NCBI GenBank assembly: GCA_025774405.1
Contig: JALGWB010000001.1
Location: forward strand, 16,609 to 80,608
DNA: 64,000 bases
Direction: 5' to 3'
Source of the DNA: a bacterium
GTDB taxonomy: Bacteria > Arandabacterota > Arandabacteria > Arandabacterales > Arandabacteraceae
The notes under the pieces are model-generated. The model did no database searches, was not told the origin of the DNA, and was given only the letters and a program-made list of their open reading frames with translations. Position 1 is the stretch's first letter. Each line of letters opens with the position of its first letter. Positions 17,841 to 26,477 of this stretch are shown here, piece after piece. The position numbers and the translations under genes are program-made.

Positions 17841-18782
17841 CTAACCTAGTATTCTCTCAAGATGGTTGCCAAAATTGCTATGCCCTGCCCTCTTGAGATA
17901 CTGTAAGCCGAGAACAGTCAGCTTGCGTCCCCGCCCTGTAATCTCAATAAGAGCCTTTCGCAGCAACAAGGGCTCATAGATCTCCTTGATAGTTCTCGCG
18001 TTCTCGGCTAAGGCTCCTGCTAAGGTCGATGCGCCTGCTGGCCCTCCCCCAAACATTATACCAAGAACCATCAGGTACTTTCTCTCCTCAGGCCTAATTC
18101 CCAAGAAGTCTATCCCCAAACTAGACAGGATTTCGCCGATGTCAGAAGCCGATGCCTGGTTAGTCACGTCCCTGACACGTCTCAGCAGATGGTTCGCGAT
18201 CCTCGGCGTGCCCCTGGCCCTTTCTGCCAAAGCCTCACTAGCACCTGGCTCCAGCGTCACGCCCAGTGCTGCTGCTGAGTTCTCGACAATCTCGGCTAAG
18301 TCCTCAGTCGGATAGAAGTCCAGTCTCAGTCTCAGAGGAAACCTGGTTCTGAGGGGGGCTGTTACCTCCGCAGGCCGCGTTGTGGCTGCTATGATAGTCC
18401 CTCGAGCGCTTCGATCCATTAGGTTTGCCAAACGCTCCTGGCTATCTATGTCCAGAGCATGAACCTCGTCTATGAAGATGAACTGAACGGATTCAGGTTC
18501 CCTGCTTCCTAGTTCTCTAGTTAGGCCTGCTTCCAAGTCATCATAGTCTTGGCCTGTAACTCTGACAAGGTCCTGGCCTCCTACCAGCCTAGCCAGCGTC
18601 GTCTTGCCGAGCCCTGGTGGTCCAGTCAAGAGAAGGTGATCAAGAGGTTCTGACCTTCCCTCGGCTGCCCCCAGGGCCCTTCGCAAGACATCTTTGATTT
18701 GTTGCTGGCCAATAAAGTCCTGCCAGGCTTGGGGGCGGAGTTTACTATCGAGCATTGCTATTGACAATAGAGTGCAAGCCAT
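17841..18782 (-). CDS. RuvB-like AAA+ ATPase (Holliday-junction branch-migration-type motor)
   Basis: LRPQAWQDFIGQQQIKDVLRRALGAAEGRSEPLDHLLLTGPPGLGKTTLARLV closely parallels the RuvB N-terminus; Walker B FIFIDEVH; RTRFPLRLRLDFY sensor region. Start trimmed to an internal Met because the first 55 codons are Cys-rich and overlap gene 18794..18988. Confidence 0.65.
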   Translation of the reverse strand: MACTLLSIAMLDSKLRPQAWQDFIGQQQIKDVLRRALGAAEGRSEPLDHLLLTGPPGLGKTTLARLVGGQDLVRVTGQDYDDLEAGLTRELGSREPESVQFIFIDEVHALDIDSQERLANLMDRSARGTIIAATTRPAEVTAPLRTRFPLRLRLDFYPTEDLAEIVENSAAALGVTLEPGASEALAERARGTPRIANHLLRRVRDVTNQASASDIGEILSSLGIDFLGIRPEERKYLMVLGIMFGGGPAGASTLAGALAENARTIKEIYEPLLLRKALIEITGRGRKLTVLGLQYLKRAGHSNFGNHLERILG

Positions 18783-18793
18783 CCACGTTTCCT

Positions 18794-18988
18794 CTACCTC
18801 CGAAAGTACGGGTTGACTAGCAGAGCCACTACAACCAAGAGCCAGCCCAGAACAAAGAAGACAACAAAGACACCAACCGCGACATCCAAGAGATTTCTCT
18901 TCATCACACCAACGCCTGGTTTGACCAACTGCCAGAACTTGGTCCACGTCATCATGGCCTTTTCCTCCTTCCTAGAATTACCTCTCAT
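18794..18988 (-). CDS. small membrane protein
   Basis: VAVGVFVVFFVLGWLLVVVALLV TM helix. Confidence 0.35.
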   Translation of the reverse strand: MRGNSRKEEKAMMTWTKFWQLVKPGVGVMKRNLLDVAVGVFVVFFVLGWLLVVVALLVNPYFRR

Positions 18989-19000
18989 TGTCGCCTCCGT

Positions 19001-20083
19001 CTAAATGTGTGCATCAACCAGATAGACCCTCTGGTTAGGACTCGACTTCTCAAGCTCTCCCACGAAAGACCAGAAGGCTGCATCATAGCCTTCGTTTGGG
19101 TTGGTAGTCAGGGCCCAGTAACCCATCTGGGCTCGTTCTACCCATTCGCCATCCGAGGTCACAAAGGCAAAAGTCAGCGCCCTGGCCTTCTGCTTCAGGA
19201 TGAACTCCTTTTCGGATAATGCCAGGAGACTATCGTCCCCCCAGAGAAAGATATTTTCCCTTTGCAGAACTCTCCCCAGTAGCCTCTGTTTAGTATACTC
19301 GTGAAGTGTGCCTTCCCAGTTCTTGTCTCTCTCAAGGAGACTCAGGAAGTCAGCTCTGAACTCGCCAAGGTGAGCCTGAACATCCATCGCCTCAGCCTCT
19401 ACCTGGCATGCCTTAACAGCACGGAAGCTCTCTAGGGCTTTCGTGAAATCTTTGCCTCGCATTCCTTCCCAGTCTATCCAGGATACAGGAGCCCAATCGC
19501 AACAGAGCGGGTCTCTCTGGGGCTTGCCAACGACGCCTGGCTCCCCGAACCCCACTGTACCGTCCGCAATACTCGCTGGACTGGGCTTCCGCTTCATTCG
19601 CAAGTAGCCTGACCAGCGGCCTCCTATCTCCCACCAGTCGTACTTCGCGTTTTCGTTCTGCCAGTAGCCAATACGTCCCTTGAGTGGGTCTCGGTTGAGG
19701 CCCGCCCACTCATTGCAGAACTTGTCAAAGTCCCCCTGACCATAGTACTCCAACAGAGTCTGACCAACAGACTCAGGATACTGCCGACCTGTGTAGCTCT
19801 CCTCTGTGATGATCTCCTTGGCCTTCTCCTGGAGCTCGTCCTCTTTGTCAAAGAAAGACATGTAGTCGTAGGGAGGCTGGCTTACGCAGTTCTCCATGTA
19901 GGGTAACATCTTGTCTTCCAGGTCGTTCACGTCATCTGCGGGTATCAAGACACTAAAATGACTCATCGAGATTCCTCCTTTTGTTGATTCAGCCGCCGCC
20001 CCAGAGCAGAAACCCTCCCTGCTCAGCAACAACCAGTGGCTCCTTCTGAATATCCTTCTCGACTTGCTCCCGCAACGAAGCAA
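19001..20083 (-). CDS. hypothetical protein (360 aa)
   Basis: Long clean ORF, no recognisable motif. Confidence 0.5.
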   Translation of the reverse strand: MLRCGSKSRRIFRRSHWLLLSREGFCSGAAAESTKGGISMSHFSVLIPADDVNDLEDKMLPYMENCVSQPPYDYMSFFDKEDELQEKAKEIITEESYTGRQYPESVGQTLLEYYGQGDFDKFCNEWAGLNRDPLKGRIGYWQNENAKYDWWEIGGRWSGYLRMKRKPSPASIADGTVGFGEPGVVGKPQRDPLCCDWAPVSWIDWEGMRGKDFTKALESFRAVKACQVEAEAMDVQAHLGEFRADFLSLLERDKNWEGTLHEYTKQRLLGRVLQRENIFLWGDDSLLALSEKEFILKQKARALTFAFVTSDGEWVERAQMGYWALTTNPNEGYDAAFWSFVGELEKSSPNQRVYLVDAHI

Positions 20084-20471
20084 GGAGAATTGGATTCTTC
20101 ACATGCTCGCCGATACTCTGCTCATACGCCTGAAACACTGCCCTCCGCGCTTCCTCAACATCACAAGCCAACGCAAACACCACCCCGCTAGTCCAGTTGT
20201 AAAGAACATCCTCCCAGACGAACAGTTTGAGTTGATCTTGACCTCCCAACACCACAACTCTGTAAATAGACACATTCTCCTGATTCTCTGGACAGGGTGC
20301 ATTCGTCCTGATGTAGACCTTCTCGCCGATGCTCTCCTTGTCCATGGCGTTATCCCAGTACCTAGAACCCGCCGTAGAGAAAAGGTCGCCTGGCTGTAAG
20401 TCTTTTCCCAGAACCGCCTCTGCGCGAGCCTTGACTGTCATTTCTCCTCCTTTTGACATCAATTCCTTCAT
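19989..20471 (-). CDS. hypothetical protein
   Basis: 160-aa ORF. Confidence 0.4.
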   Translation of the reverse strand: MKELMSKGGEMTVKARAEAVLGKDLQPGDLFSTAGSRYWDNAMDKESIGEKVYIRTNAPCPENQENVSIYRVVVLGGQDQLKLFVWEDVLYNWTSGVVFALACDVEEARRAVFQAYEQSIGEHVKNPILLASLREQVEKDIQKEPLVVAEQGGFLLWGGG

Positions 20472-20528
20472 CGAGGAAGCCCCGCCATGACTATACTTCC
20501 GCCATCGAAGATTAGGGTTTGCATATTC

Positions 20529-21074
20529 TCACCCTCCCTTGCGGGCTCTCACAATCTGCGCTTCATACAGTAAGATAGCTTCTTTCCGAGTTGGCAGAGA
20601 ACCCTTAGCGCAGAATATCATGCAGCGGTAGAAACAGCCGTCTGGGGACCTCGCAATTTCAGGTTTACCGCTAAAGTGGTCGGAGACTCGCCGATCAAAT
20701 GGGCAGAAGTTCCTCAATGTATTGTACTTTGGAGCTACTCGCCCTCTCTTAATGAACTCGTCTGGCCACAGGTGATCTTCGGCATCTGGCCATGCTTCTG
20801 CGTCCCTACTACACTTACCCCAAGAGCAGTAGAACTCCTTGGCCCCGATCTCGTCACAGTTGTAGTATGAGAAATTCAAGCCTGCTTTCAATCGTTCCAC
20901 CATCCGTTCAAGAAATACTACATAGCGTTCATTGGACAGTTCCATCTTCTTGTACCGACAGAGAATACAGATCGTCTCGGCCTCGACTGGGATAAACTCC
21001 TTGCCACAAGAATCACAAATGGCTGTCTTTCGCCTTCTTACTCGCATAGCCTTCTCGCCTCCGCAGTGTACCAA
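20529..21074 (-). CDS. Cys-rich hypothetical protein (multiple CxxC)
   Basis: CDSCGKEF...CILCRYKK plus further Cys. Confidence 0.45.
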   Translation of the reverse strand: MVHCGGEKAMRVRRRKTAICDSCGKEFIPVEAETICILCRYKKMELSNERYVVFLERMVERLKAGLNFSYYNCDEIGAKEFYCSWGKCSRDAEAWPDAEDHLWPDEFIKRGRVAPKYNTLRNFCPFDRRVSDHFSGKPEIARSPDGCFYRCMIFCAKGSLPTRKEAILLYEAQIVRARKGG

Positions 21075-21421
21075 TCCCAGGTATTCATCGAGGAAGCCTT
21101 ACCTTTGTAAATTACTATCCCTCCACCACCGAAGTCGCCCACTCGCGGCTTAGAGCAGGTCCCTGCCCAGGAAAGACTCCAGGGCTCCTCTACCTCAAAC
21201 CGTTCCTGGAAGGCGGCAACTGTGTCTGCCAGAGCGCCAATATCGCCTGAGTCTTCAGAGTGGACCCAAACATCCTTCCCCTCTGCTGCGAACTCGCACG
21301 GCGGATACGCTGTTCCGTCATCATCCTTGACTGCCCCTGTGAGTTTCTGTATCAGCCAGTCCTGCTGCTCCTTCGTCTTACAAGGAACTATCTCCGAGAA
21401 CAGGGTCCAATAGTCAGCCAT
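21038..21421 (-). CDS. hypothetical acidic protein
   Basis: 127-aa ORF. Confidence 0.4.
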   Translation of the reverse strand: MADYWTLFSEIVPCKTKEQQDWLIQKLTGAVKDDDGTAYPPCEFAAEGKDVWVHSEDSGDIGALADTVAAFQERFEVEEPWSLSWAGTCSKPRVGDFGGGGIVIYKGKASSMNTWDWYTAEARRLCE

Positions 21422-21424
21422 CAG

Positions 21425-21925
21425 TTACCTCCCAGGAGACTTTTCCGCTGTCGCCAAAGTCTTCAAGCTGCTGTCCTCGGGCAACTCCCCTTCCTCTGTG
21501 ACGTAGGGCAGGACTCCCTCCAGGACATCCGCACTCTTGTAAGTAGGACCCGTCACAAACATATCCAGGAGATGGTGGTCAGGCGTAGTGATGATATAGC
21601 CATGCACGATACACCTGTCACCATTGTAGTGGAAGAGCTCTGAGACCCAGATGGAGTCCTTGCGCCCCGCTGTCAGTCTGATAACTGACTGCCGCACCGA
21701 CGTAGGCATTGTGGGCCAGTTGCCCAGATCATAGTTGCGTAAGTAGCCTGGCTCATAGTCCGTTCGACTCCAGGTCTTGACACACATCTCGCCTCGCACA
21801 TAGAAGGCAGACTGAGTATTGGCTATAATGTTGCCTGTGCTGACGATGTTCGTCTGGCGGTCGAAAGTCTTATGCCCAGTCTCGACCAGCATACGATTAG
21901 GATTCTTCCAAACTTTCGCTTTCAT
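21425..21925 (-). CDS. hypothetical protein
   Basis: 166-aa ORF. Confidence 0.45.
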   Translation of the reverse strand: MKAKVWKNPNRMLVETGHKTFDRQTNIVSTGNIIANTQSAFYVRGEMCVKTWSRTDYEPGYLRNYDLGNWPTMPTSVRQSVIRLTAGRKDSIWVSELFHYNGDRCIVHGYIITTPDHHLLDMFVTGPTYKSADVLEGVLPYVTEEGELPEDSSLKTLATAEKSPGR

Positions 21926-22347
21926 GATCCCTCCCTTGAGACGCTAAAGAACCCGTTTTCGTCTCCGTACAGACCTCTCAACTCATCAAATATCTCCAGT
22001 AGCAAGGCTCGATCCTCGCCCTTCAACTCCCGACTAGCGCCATCAAACCAGTTGAGAAACCAGTACTCCACTCTCCAGGCATCATACCTCCCACCAGGAT
22101 AGAAGCGAAACTCGTCCTGAGGGCCACCCCAGGAAATCTGATAACGATAGTAGCCCTGTTGCTGGTCCCTGAAAGTGCCCGCTTCCACATAGTCAAAACT
22201 CAGGCCATAGTCAAACAGATAGGACTCTACCTCTTCGCAGTACTCTTCGCTCCGCTGGTAGGAAGCCCAGAGCAACCTCAAATCCCTGAGCCTGGCCTCC
22301 ATCTCCTCGTCAGTTCGCTCCTCACAAGTTCTCTGTTTCACAGTCAT
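21922..22347 (-). CDS. hypothetical protein
   Basis: 141-aa ORF. Confidence 0.45.
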   Translation of the reverse strand: MTVKQRTCEERTDEEMEARLRDLRLLWASYQRSEEYCEEVESYLFDYGLSFDYVEAGTFRDQQQGYYRYQISWGGPQDEFRFYPGGRYDAWRVEYWFLNWFDGASRELKGEDRALLLEIFDELRGLYGDENGFFSVSREGS

Positions 22348-22424
22348 ACTTCTCCCTCCTTAACAACTTAGTGAGATACTACTGTCAATCCATTCGCTCC
22401 CTCAGCCTTGTGAGGGGGGTCAAA

Positions 22425-22482
22425 GGTGGGGGCGGGACTCGAACCCGCCCAGGCCTCATACCTGCCTGTTGCCATGCCCACC
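22425..22482 (-). other. tRNA-like element lacking a D-arm (58 nt): acceptor stem GGTGGGC/CCCCACC, anticodon-like hairpin, canonical T-arm GCGGG-TTCGAGT-CCCGC
   Basis: Minus-strand read GGTGGGCATGGCAACAGGCAGGTATGAGGCCTGGGCGGGTTCGAGTCCCGCCCCCACC; 6/7 acceptor pairs and a perfect T-arm, but only 26 nt between acceptor and T-arm, so no complete cloverleaf. Confidence 0.45.
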
Positions 22483-22498
22483 TTTAACTGCCGTCTTC

Positions 22499-22825
22499 TC
22501 ACGCCCTCGCCATGGCTTCTCGCCAGTCTCTTACCTTCTCTCGCCATAGTCCTGCGAACTCCCGCTGCTCGTCTGGGGTGACGTCTGCCACCTTGAACAG
22601 CCGCCTTAGGTTGGCCTCCCAGTCACTCAGGCTTCCAATGAAGTCGTTGCAGCCGATGTCTCCATCAATGCGAGCCAGCAGGCCACCATCGCAAGTGACA
22701 TGCAGCTCCCGTATCTCAGGCTTTGTCCAGGACTGACCCAGAACATAACCCAGAATGGCTGACATCTTGCCACTCATAGCCGTGAACCTACTTGGGTGCA
22801 GCTTCTCACTTAGAGACATGTTCAC
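22499..22825 (-). CDS. hypothetical protein
   Basis: 108-aa ORF. Confidence 0.4.
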   Translation of the reverse strand: MNMSLSEKLHPSRFTAMSGKMSAILGYVLGQSWTKPEIRELHVTCDGGLLARIDGDIGCNDFIGSLSDWEANLRRLFKVADVTPDEQREFAGLWREKVRDWREAMARA

Positions 22826-23064
22826 TTCCTCCTTCTGCTATCCGCCCGTTGGCGGGGCTATTTTCTTGCCTGCCCACAATGCACTCTCCTGGTAAGCTGG
22901 CACTCGCAAGAGCGCGGCCATCGCATATCTACGCTGTCACCCTCCCCACCCCGCGTCGCTGCTCTTATCCAGCGTTGCTATGTTCACATGCACATCGCAG
23001 ACTCGGCCAGGTCGCTTTGCCAGTTACGAGGCCACTGGCAGGGCACTGATTCTGCTCTCTGTGG

Positions 23065-23259
23065 TCATCTCGCCTTTTGGCAGACAGCACACCAGAGAGT
23101 TGCCGCCGAAGGGTGTTTACAGCGAATGCTGTACAAGTTGTGCCCACACTTCGGACACAGATAGCGAGTACGCCGCGAGCTGCTGACCCTCCAGGACGGC
23201 GTTCCTGGAAACGGCTGCCCTTTTCGGGGGATATATGGTGTATCCCTTGGGGTTGCCAT
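23065..23259 (-). CDS. small zinc-ribbon protein (CPKCGH...CAVCQK)
   Basis: 64-aa ORF. Confidence 0.35.
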   Translation of the reverse strand: MATPRDTPYIPRKGQPFPGTPSWRVSSSRRTRYLCPKCGHNLYSIRCKHPSAATLWCAVCQKAR

Positions 23260-23466
23260 CTCTCTTACTCCTTATCAGTCACGAGGCTACTGGTGAGCCG
23301 CACATCTACCTGCTTATCAATATTCCAGATAGTCCAGTAGCCAAAGCATCACTTGAAACCCAACTATGCCTAGCATCAGCCACAAGCCGCTCAGGTCAGG
23401 ACGTCTCTTCTCAGGCTTCAGCCAGTCTTGACTCGCCCAGTCTCTCTTCATTTGCCTCTCTCCTGT

Positions 23467-23757
23467 CTACCTCACTATCTGATTGGCGATATATTCTTGT
23501 ACAGCCACGAGAGCCCTCTCGCCTATCGAGCCTGTCTCTCCGCCCTTCATACGAGCCAGTGCGGGAATATCAGCACACATCTGCAATGCCTCTCTCCTGT
23601 CCCAAGGCCCAAGGTCTTTAGCGACATCCAGGGCCAGATGCCAAGGGCTCCAAGAATTCCAGGAGTCAGGGCTCTCTTTCTGTCGGTACTTGGCCCACTC
23701 TTTGTGCTTGGCCCTGGCTTGCCTAACTATTCTCTCCAGTTTCTGTTTGCTGGTCAT
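23467..23757 (-). CDS. hypothetical protein
   Basis: 96-aa ORF. Confidence 0.4.
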   Translation of the reverse strand: MTSKQKLERIVRQARAKHKEWAKYRQKESPDSWNSWSPWHLALDVAKDLGPWDRREALQMCADIPALARMKGGETGSIGERALVAVQEYIANQIVR

Positions 23758-23785
23758 CCGAGTTCCTCCTTTTATGCTTGAGTTC

Positions 23786-23992
23786 CTATAACCATGGAAG
23801 AGTCTTTGCCTTACCTTCCTTTCTCCACTCCCACCCGCAAGTTAAGCAAAACCGTCTTTGCCTCTTTCTATGAATGTACCGCCGCCTTGTCTCGCCACAT
23901 ACAGGACACTCCTCTCCAAGAGAGACTTTTCGCAGCGCCCCTTTGGAGATAACAATTCCTTTCGCTGCGAGGATTTCTCCTATCGTTGCCAT
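23786..23992 (-). CDS. small zinc-ribbon protein (CPVCGE...CLTCGW)
   Basis: 68-aa ORF. Confidence 0.4.
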   Translation of the reverse strand: MATIGEILAAKGIVISKGALRKVSLGEECPVCGETRRRYIHRKRQRRFCLTCGWEWRKEGKAKTLPWL

Positions 23993-24192
23993 CAGTCTGT
24001 GCCCCTCACTGCCGTCTGAGCAGCGATCTCCCTCTTCACTCCTACTAACGCCCTCTCAGCCCGGCTGGCTATCCATCGGGCCGTGTCAAGGCGATACCCT
24101 AGCCAAGGTTTCTCGGCAACGATTTTCTCCAAGCGATGTACTTCCGCCTTCGCCTTGGCTGCTGCGTCCTCAAAGTCAACCAGGTTTGTCAT
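23992..24192 (-). CDS. hypothetical small protein
   Basis: 66-aa ORF. Confidence 0.35.
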   Translation of the reverse strand: MTNLVDFEDAAAKAKAEVHRLEKIVAEKPWLGYRLDTARWIASRAERALVGVKREIAAQTAVRGTD

Positions 24193-24728
24193 CTTGTGAA
24201 TCTCTCTGGCCCAAAGCTCTCAAAAGGATAGTTTTGGACCAGCCTTCTTAGTATTGCCACAAAGTAGCGATTGTGCACTGAGCCTTTCCATCTCTCGTCT
24301 CTGTCCACCTGCAACACATGGGCAAACTCGTGCAGCACTACCCGCCAGACTCCCTCATATCCTCTTTTTACCCCACGCCAGACACACTCCTGTTCGAGCC
24401 TAGAGCCAACGCTGCCATACTGGTAGGCCCAGAGCAATCCTTCTCTGCCATAGGTGATGGCATGTGCCTGGCTTCGCTTGCCGCCACCTCGATGGCGACT
24501 ACCTGTGCCTCTCACTACCTCAGTGTAGAAGTGCAAGCCAACTCGCTCCTTGCGATAGAGTTCCTCGGTCAGCGCAACTGCGTACCGTGCTAGGCTTACT
24601 TGCTCAAGGCTTACTTCCTCAGTGTATACTTGCTCCATATCTACCTGCCCCGCCGCTTGCGCCTTGGGCAAGTAGGCAAATCTCGGTAGCAACATACCGC
24701 GCATCTCCATCGGAAAGCCTTCTGGCAA
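24189..24728 (-). CDS. SprT-like / WLM-type zinc metalloprotease-like protein
   Basis: HExxH motif VVLHEFAHVLQ and overall SprT-like layout. Confidence 0.5.
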   Translation of the reverse strand: MPEGFPMEMRGMLLPRFAYLPKAQAAGQVDMEQVYTEEVSLEQVSLARYAVALTEELYRKERVGLHFYTEVVRGTGSRHRGGGKRSQAHAITYGREGLLWAYQYGSVGSRLEQECVWRGVKRGYEGVWRVVLHEFAHVLQVDRDERWKGSVHNRYFVAILRRLVQNYPFESFGPERFTR

Positions 24729-24901
24729 TCTTCTATCTCTCGCTTCCTAGCCATCTTCCGGTCCTTCGCCTCTAACCTCCTGGCAAGCCGCAGATACCGC
24801 ATGGTGCCAGGCTTAGCGCCGCGTTCCTGGACACGAATGTCCAAGTCAGAATAATAGCCCACAATTCCCTCCTTTCGGCTACTTGCTCTTCTCTCTCCCA
24901 C
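24641..24901 (-). CDS. hypothetical basic protein
   Basis: 86-aa ORF overlapping the previous gene. Confidence 0.3.
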   Translation of the reverse strand: MGERRASSRKEGIVGYYSDLDIRVQERGAKPGTMRYLRLARRLEAKDRKMARKREIEDCQKAFRWRCAVCCYRDLPTCPRRKRRGR

Positions 24902-24908
24902 CTACTCC

Positions 24909-25121
24909 CTACTCTATCTTGTCCATTGCCGTAAAGTCCCCGCAAGATACCGTATACCTACCACGGCGCGCCTTGGGATGCTCATCAAAGGCAAGATAAT
25001 CCCACGTGTTCCAGTTCCCTCTACCCTGTTCGTATGCAGCAACTACGGCTTGCTCAGGTGAACAGGTGTACCAACGCTCCTCTCCCGTATCAAGATTCTT
25101 TACTCTCATCATCTCCATCAT
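24909..25121 (-). CDS. hypothetical small protein
   Basis: 70-aa ORF. Confidence 0.35.
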   Translation of the reverse strand: MMEMMRVKNLDTGEERWYTCSPEQAVVAAYEQGRGNWNTWDYLAFDEHPKARRGRYTVSCGDFTAMDKIE

Positions 25122-25348
25122 ACCAGAGCCATCTCGCGCGTCTCTTCATCTTCCCGCATAGCCGACGCAATCAAGTCCAGTATCCATACCGACTCTTGGC
25201 CAAAGTCCACAATGCTCATTCCAGGATTCTCTGGATCGAAGATGAACCCGCAGGCCAGGCACTCCGTGTTGCCGTCGCCCAGTTCCTCCAACTCGTGCGC
25301 CCCGCACATAGCACAGGTGTGAGACGCATAACTCTCTCTCTGATACAT
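25118..25348 (-). CDS. small zinc-ribbon protein (CAMCGA...CLACGF)
   Basis: 76-aa ORF. Confidence 0.4.
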   Translation of the reverse strand: MYQRESYASHTCAMCGAHELEELGDGNTECLACGFIFDPENPGMSIVDFGQESVWILDLIASAMREDEETREMALV

Positions 25349-25372
25349 GGCTATCCTCCTTATACTCCACCC

Positions 25373-25840
25373 TTAATATTGACGGAAGCCCATAGGCATC
25401 TCCTCTCTTCTCTCCCATGCCACTTGCTCTACTAGCTCCTCAGACCACTGAGGGTGTAGGATATGAAGCAACTCGTGTTCTAGGGTCGCTTGCCAATACC
25501 ACTGACGCAAAGTCTCCGTTGGTATAAGTATGACCTTCGCCTTGCGATTAAGTGCCCTACCAGCAGACCGACACTGATATTGCGGAGGAATTGTCATTCT
25601 GGCTCGTGCATATTCCTCTTTATACTGGGCAATCCACTCATCATCAAACAAGTTGAAAACGTCAGTGGGCATCACGACAACTTTGACAGGAACCTGAAGG
25701 TCCGCGCATCGCGCTTCCCACCAGGCCTCTGCCCGCCGCCGCGCCGCACCAGTTCTACTGCCCCTGTCGAGAAACCTTACTCCTCTCATCTGTCCCTCCT
25801 TAATATCTTGTGCCCCGCATATAGCGCAAGTGCGGGGCAC
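25373..25840 (-). CDS. second HExxH metalloprotease-like protein with N-terminal CxxC
   Basis: LEHELLHILH motif; CAICGAQD at the N-terminus. Confidence 0.45.
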   Translation of the reverse strand: MPRTCAICGAQDIKEGQMRGVRFLDRGSRTGAARRRAEAWWEARCADLQVPVKVVVMPTDVFNLFDDEWIAQYKEEYARARMTIPPQYQCRSAGRALNRKAKVILIPTETLRQWYWQATLEHELLHILHPQWSEELVEQVAWERREEMPMGFRQY

Positions 25841-25849
25841 ACTTCCCCT

Positions 25850-26170
25850 CTACCTGCTCGCTGAATAGTTGCGTCGCATACTTGCAACTGCATCCTCCAA
25901 GGACTCATAGTCGAAGCCAACGTCCTCTGTCTCGAAACGCGAGCCTTCACTGTCGATACCATGATAGAAGTACCCGAAGCCCCCGTTCGCCTTGAAAATC
26001 GTTCCCCAAGTTCCCGCTTGGGGGGGCTCACCTTCTGTCTCGGCTCCATGTGGTCTTTTCTTGGACACCAGAATTGTGATGTACGCCATGTTCCCTCCCT
26101 TGTCCTTCCGAGTTATGCCAGTTCTTCTGCCGCTAAGTCCTACTCCTCTCATCTGTCCCTCCAGTTCCAT
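25850..26170 (-). CDS. hypothetical protein
   Basis: 106-aa ORF. Confidence 0.4.
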   Translation of the reverse strand: MELEGQMRGVGLSGRRTGITRKDKGGNMAYITILVSKKRPHGAETEGEPPQAGTWGTIFKANGGFGYFYHGIDSEGSRFETEDVGFDYESLEDAVASMRRNYSASR

Positions 26171-26189
26171 AGTCGCTAATCCAGTTCCC

Positions 26190-26410
26190 AGTTTCGCCTT
26201 TGACTGCCAGCCCTCAGTTCGACTATAGCCAGCAAATCGGCCAGTTCAGCTCGGCCAGTTCCTAGCCCCAGTTCGCCCCCTTGCCTAACTGCTGCTCGGT
26301 CTAGCAGTCGGACTGGCACGGGGGCTATAATAGCAGCCAGTTCAAAAGTGGCCAGTTCGGAGTGGCTAGCGGCCAGTTCCCAGTTCATAATGGCCAGTTT
26401 CCGCCCGCCT
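26190..26410. repeat. array of about 13 CCAGTT cores (5 copies of GGCCAGTTC) at irregular 10-25 bp spacing
   Basis: Read directly; the ORF 26176..26421 translated from it is low-complexity ELA repeats and probably not a real protein. Confidence 0.55.
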
Positions 26411-26477
26411 GGTGTAGCCATGGTTGGCCAAGGCTATGACTATGATCGATCCCAGGCTAGGCCGCCGGCGAAATAGA

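Noticed and set aside
18783-18947. N-terminal 55 codons of ORF 17841..18947 (Cys-rich CRGWCLCCLLCSGLALGCSG)
   Set aside because: They overlap the hydrophobic small gene 18794..18988 in another frame, and the RuvB-like homology only starts around MLDSKLRPQ, so the start was moved downstream.
22380-22500. Phage attP with integrase at the tRNA-like element
   Set aside because: No tyrosine or serine recombinase motif was found in any ORF of the window and the flanking genes are short unknowns; reported only as a tRNA-like element.
22843-22875. Plus-strand terminator-like hairpin CCGCC-cgtt-GGCGG followed by a T-rich run
   Set aside because: Stem is only 5 bp and it sits between minus-strand genes; orientation is wrong for the local operon, so not called.
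26190-26410. CRISPR array as an explanation for the repeat clusters at 26.2 kb and 11.8-12.1 kb
   Set aside because: Repeat units are 6-28 bp with irregular spacing, not 25-40-bp repeats alternating with unique 30-40-bp spacers, and no cas genes are present.
26176-26421. 81-aa ORF through the GGCCAGTT repeat array
   Set aside because: Its protein is ELA/low-complexity generated by the DNA repeat; treated as a noncoding repeat element.
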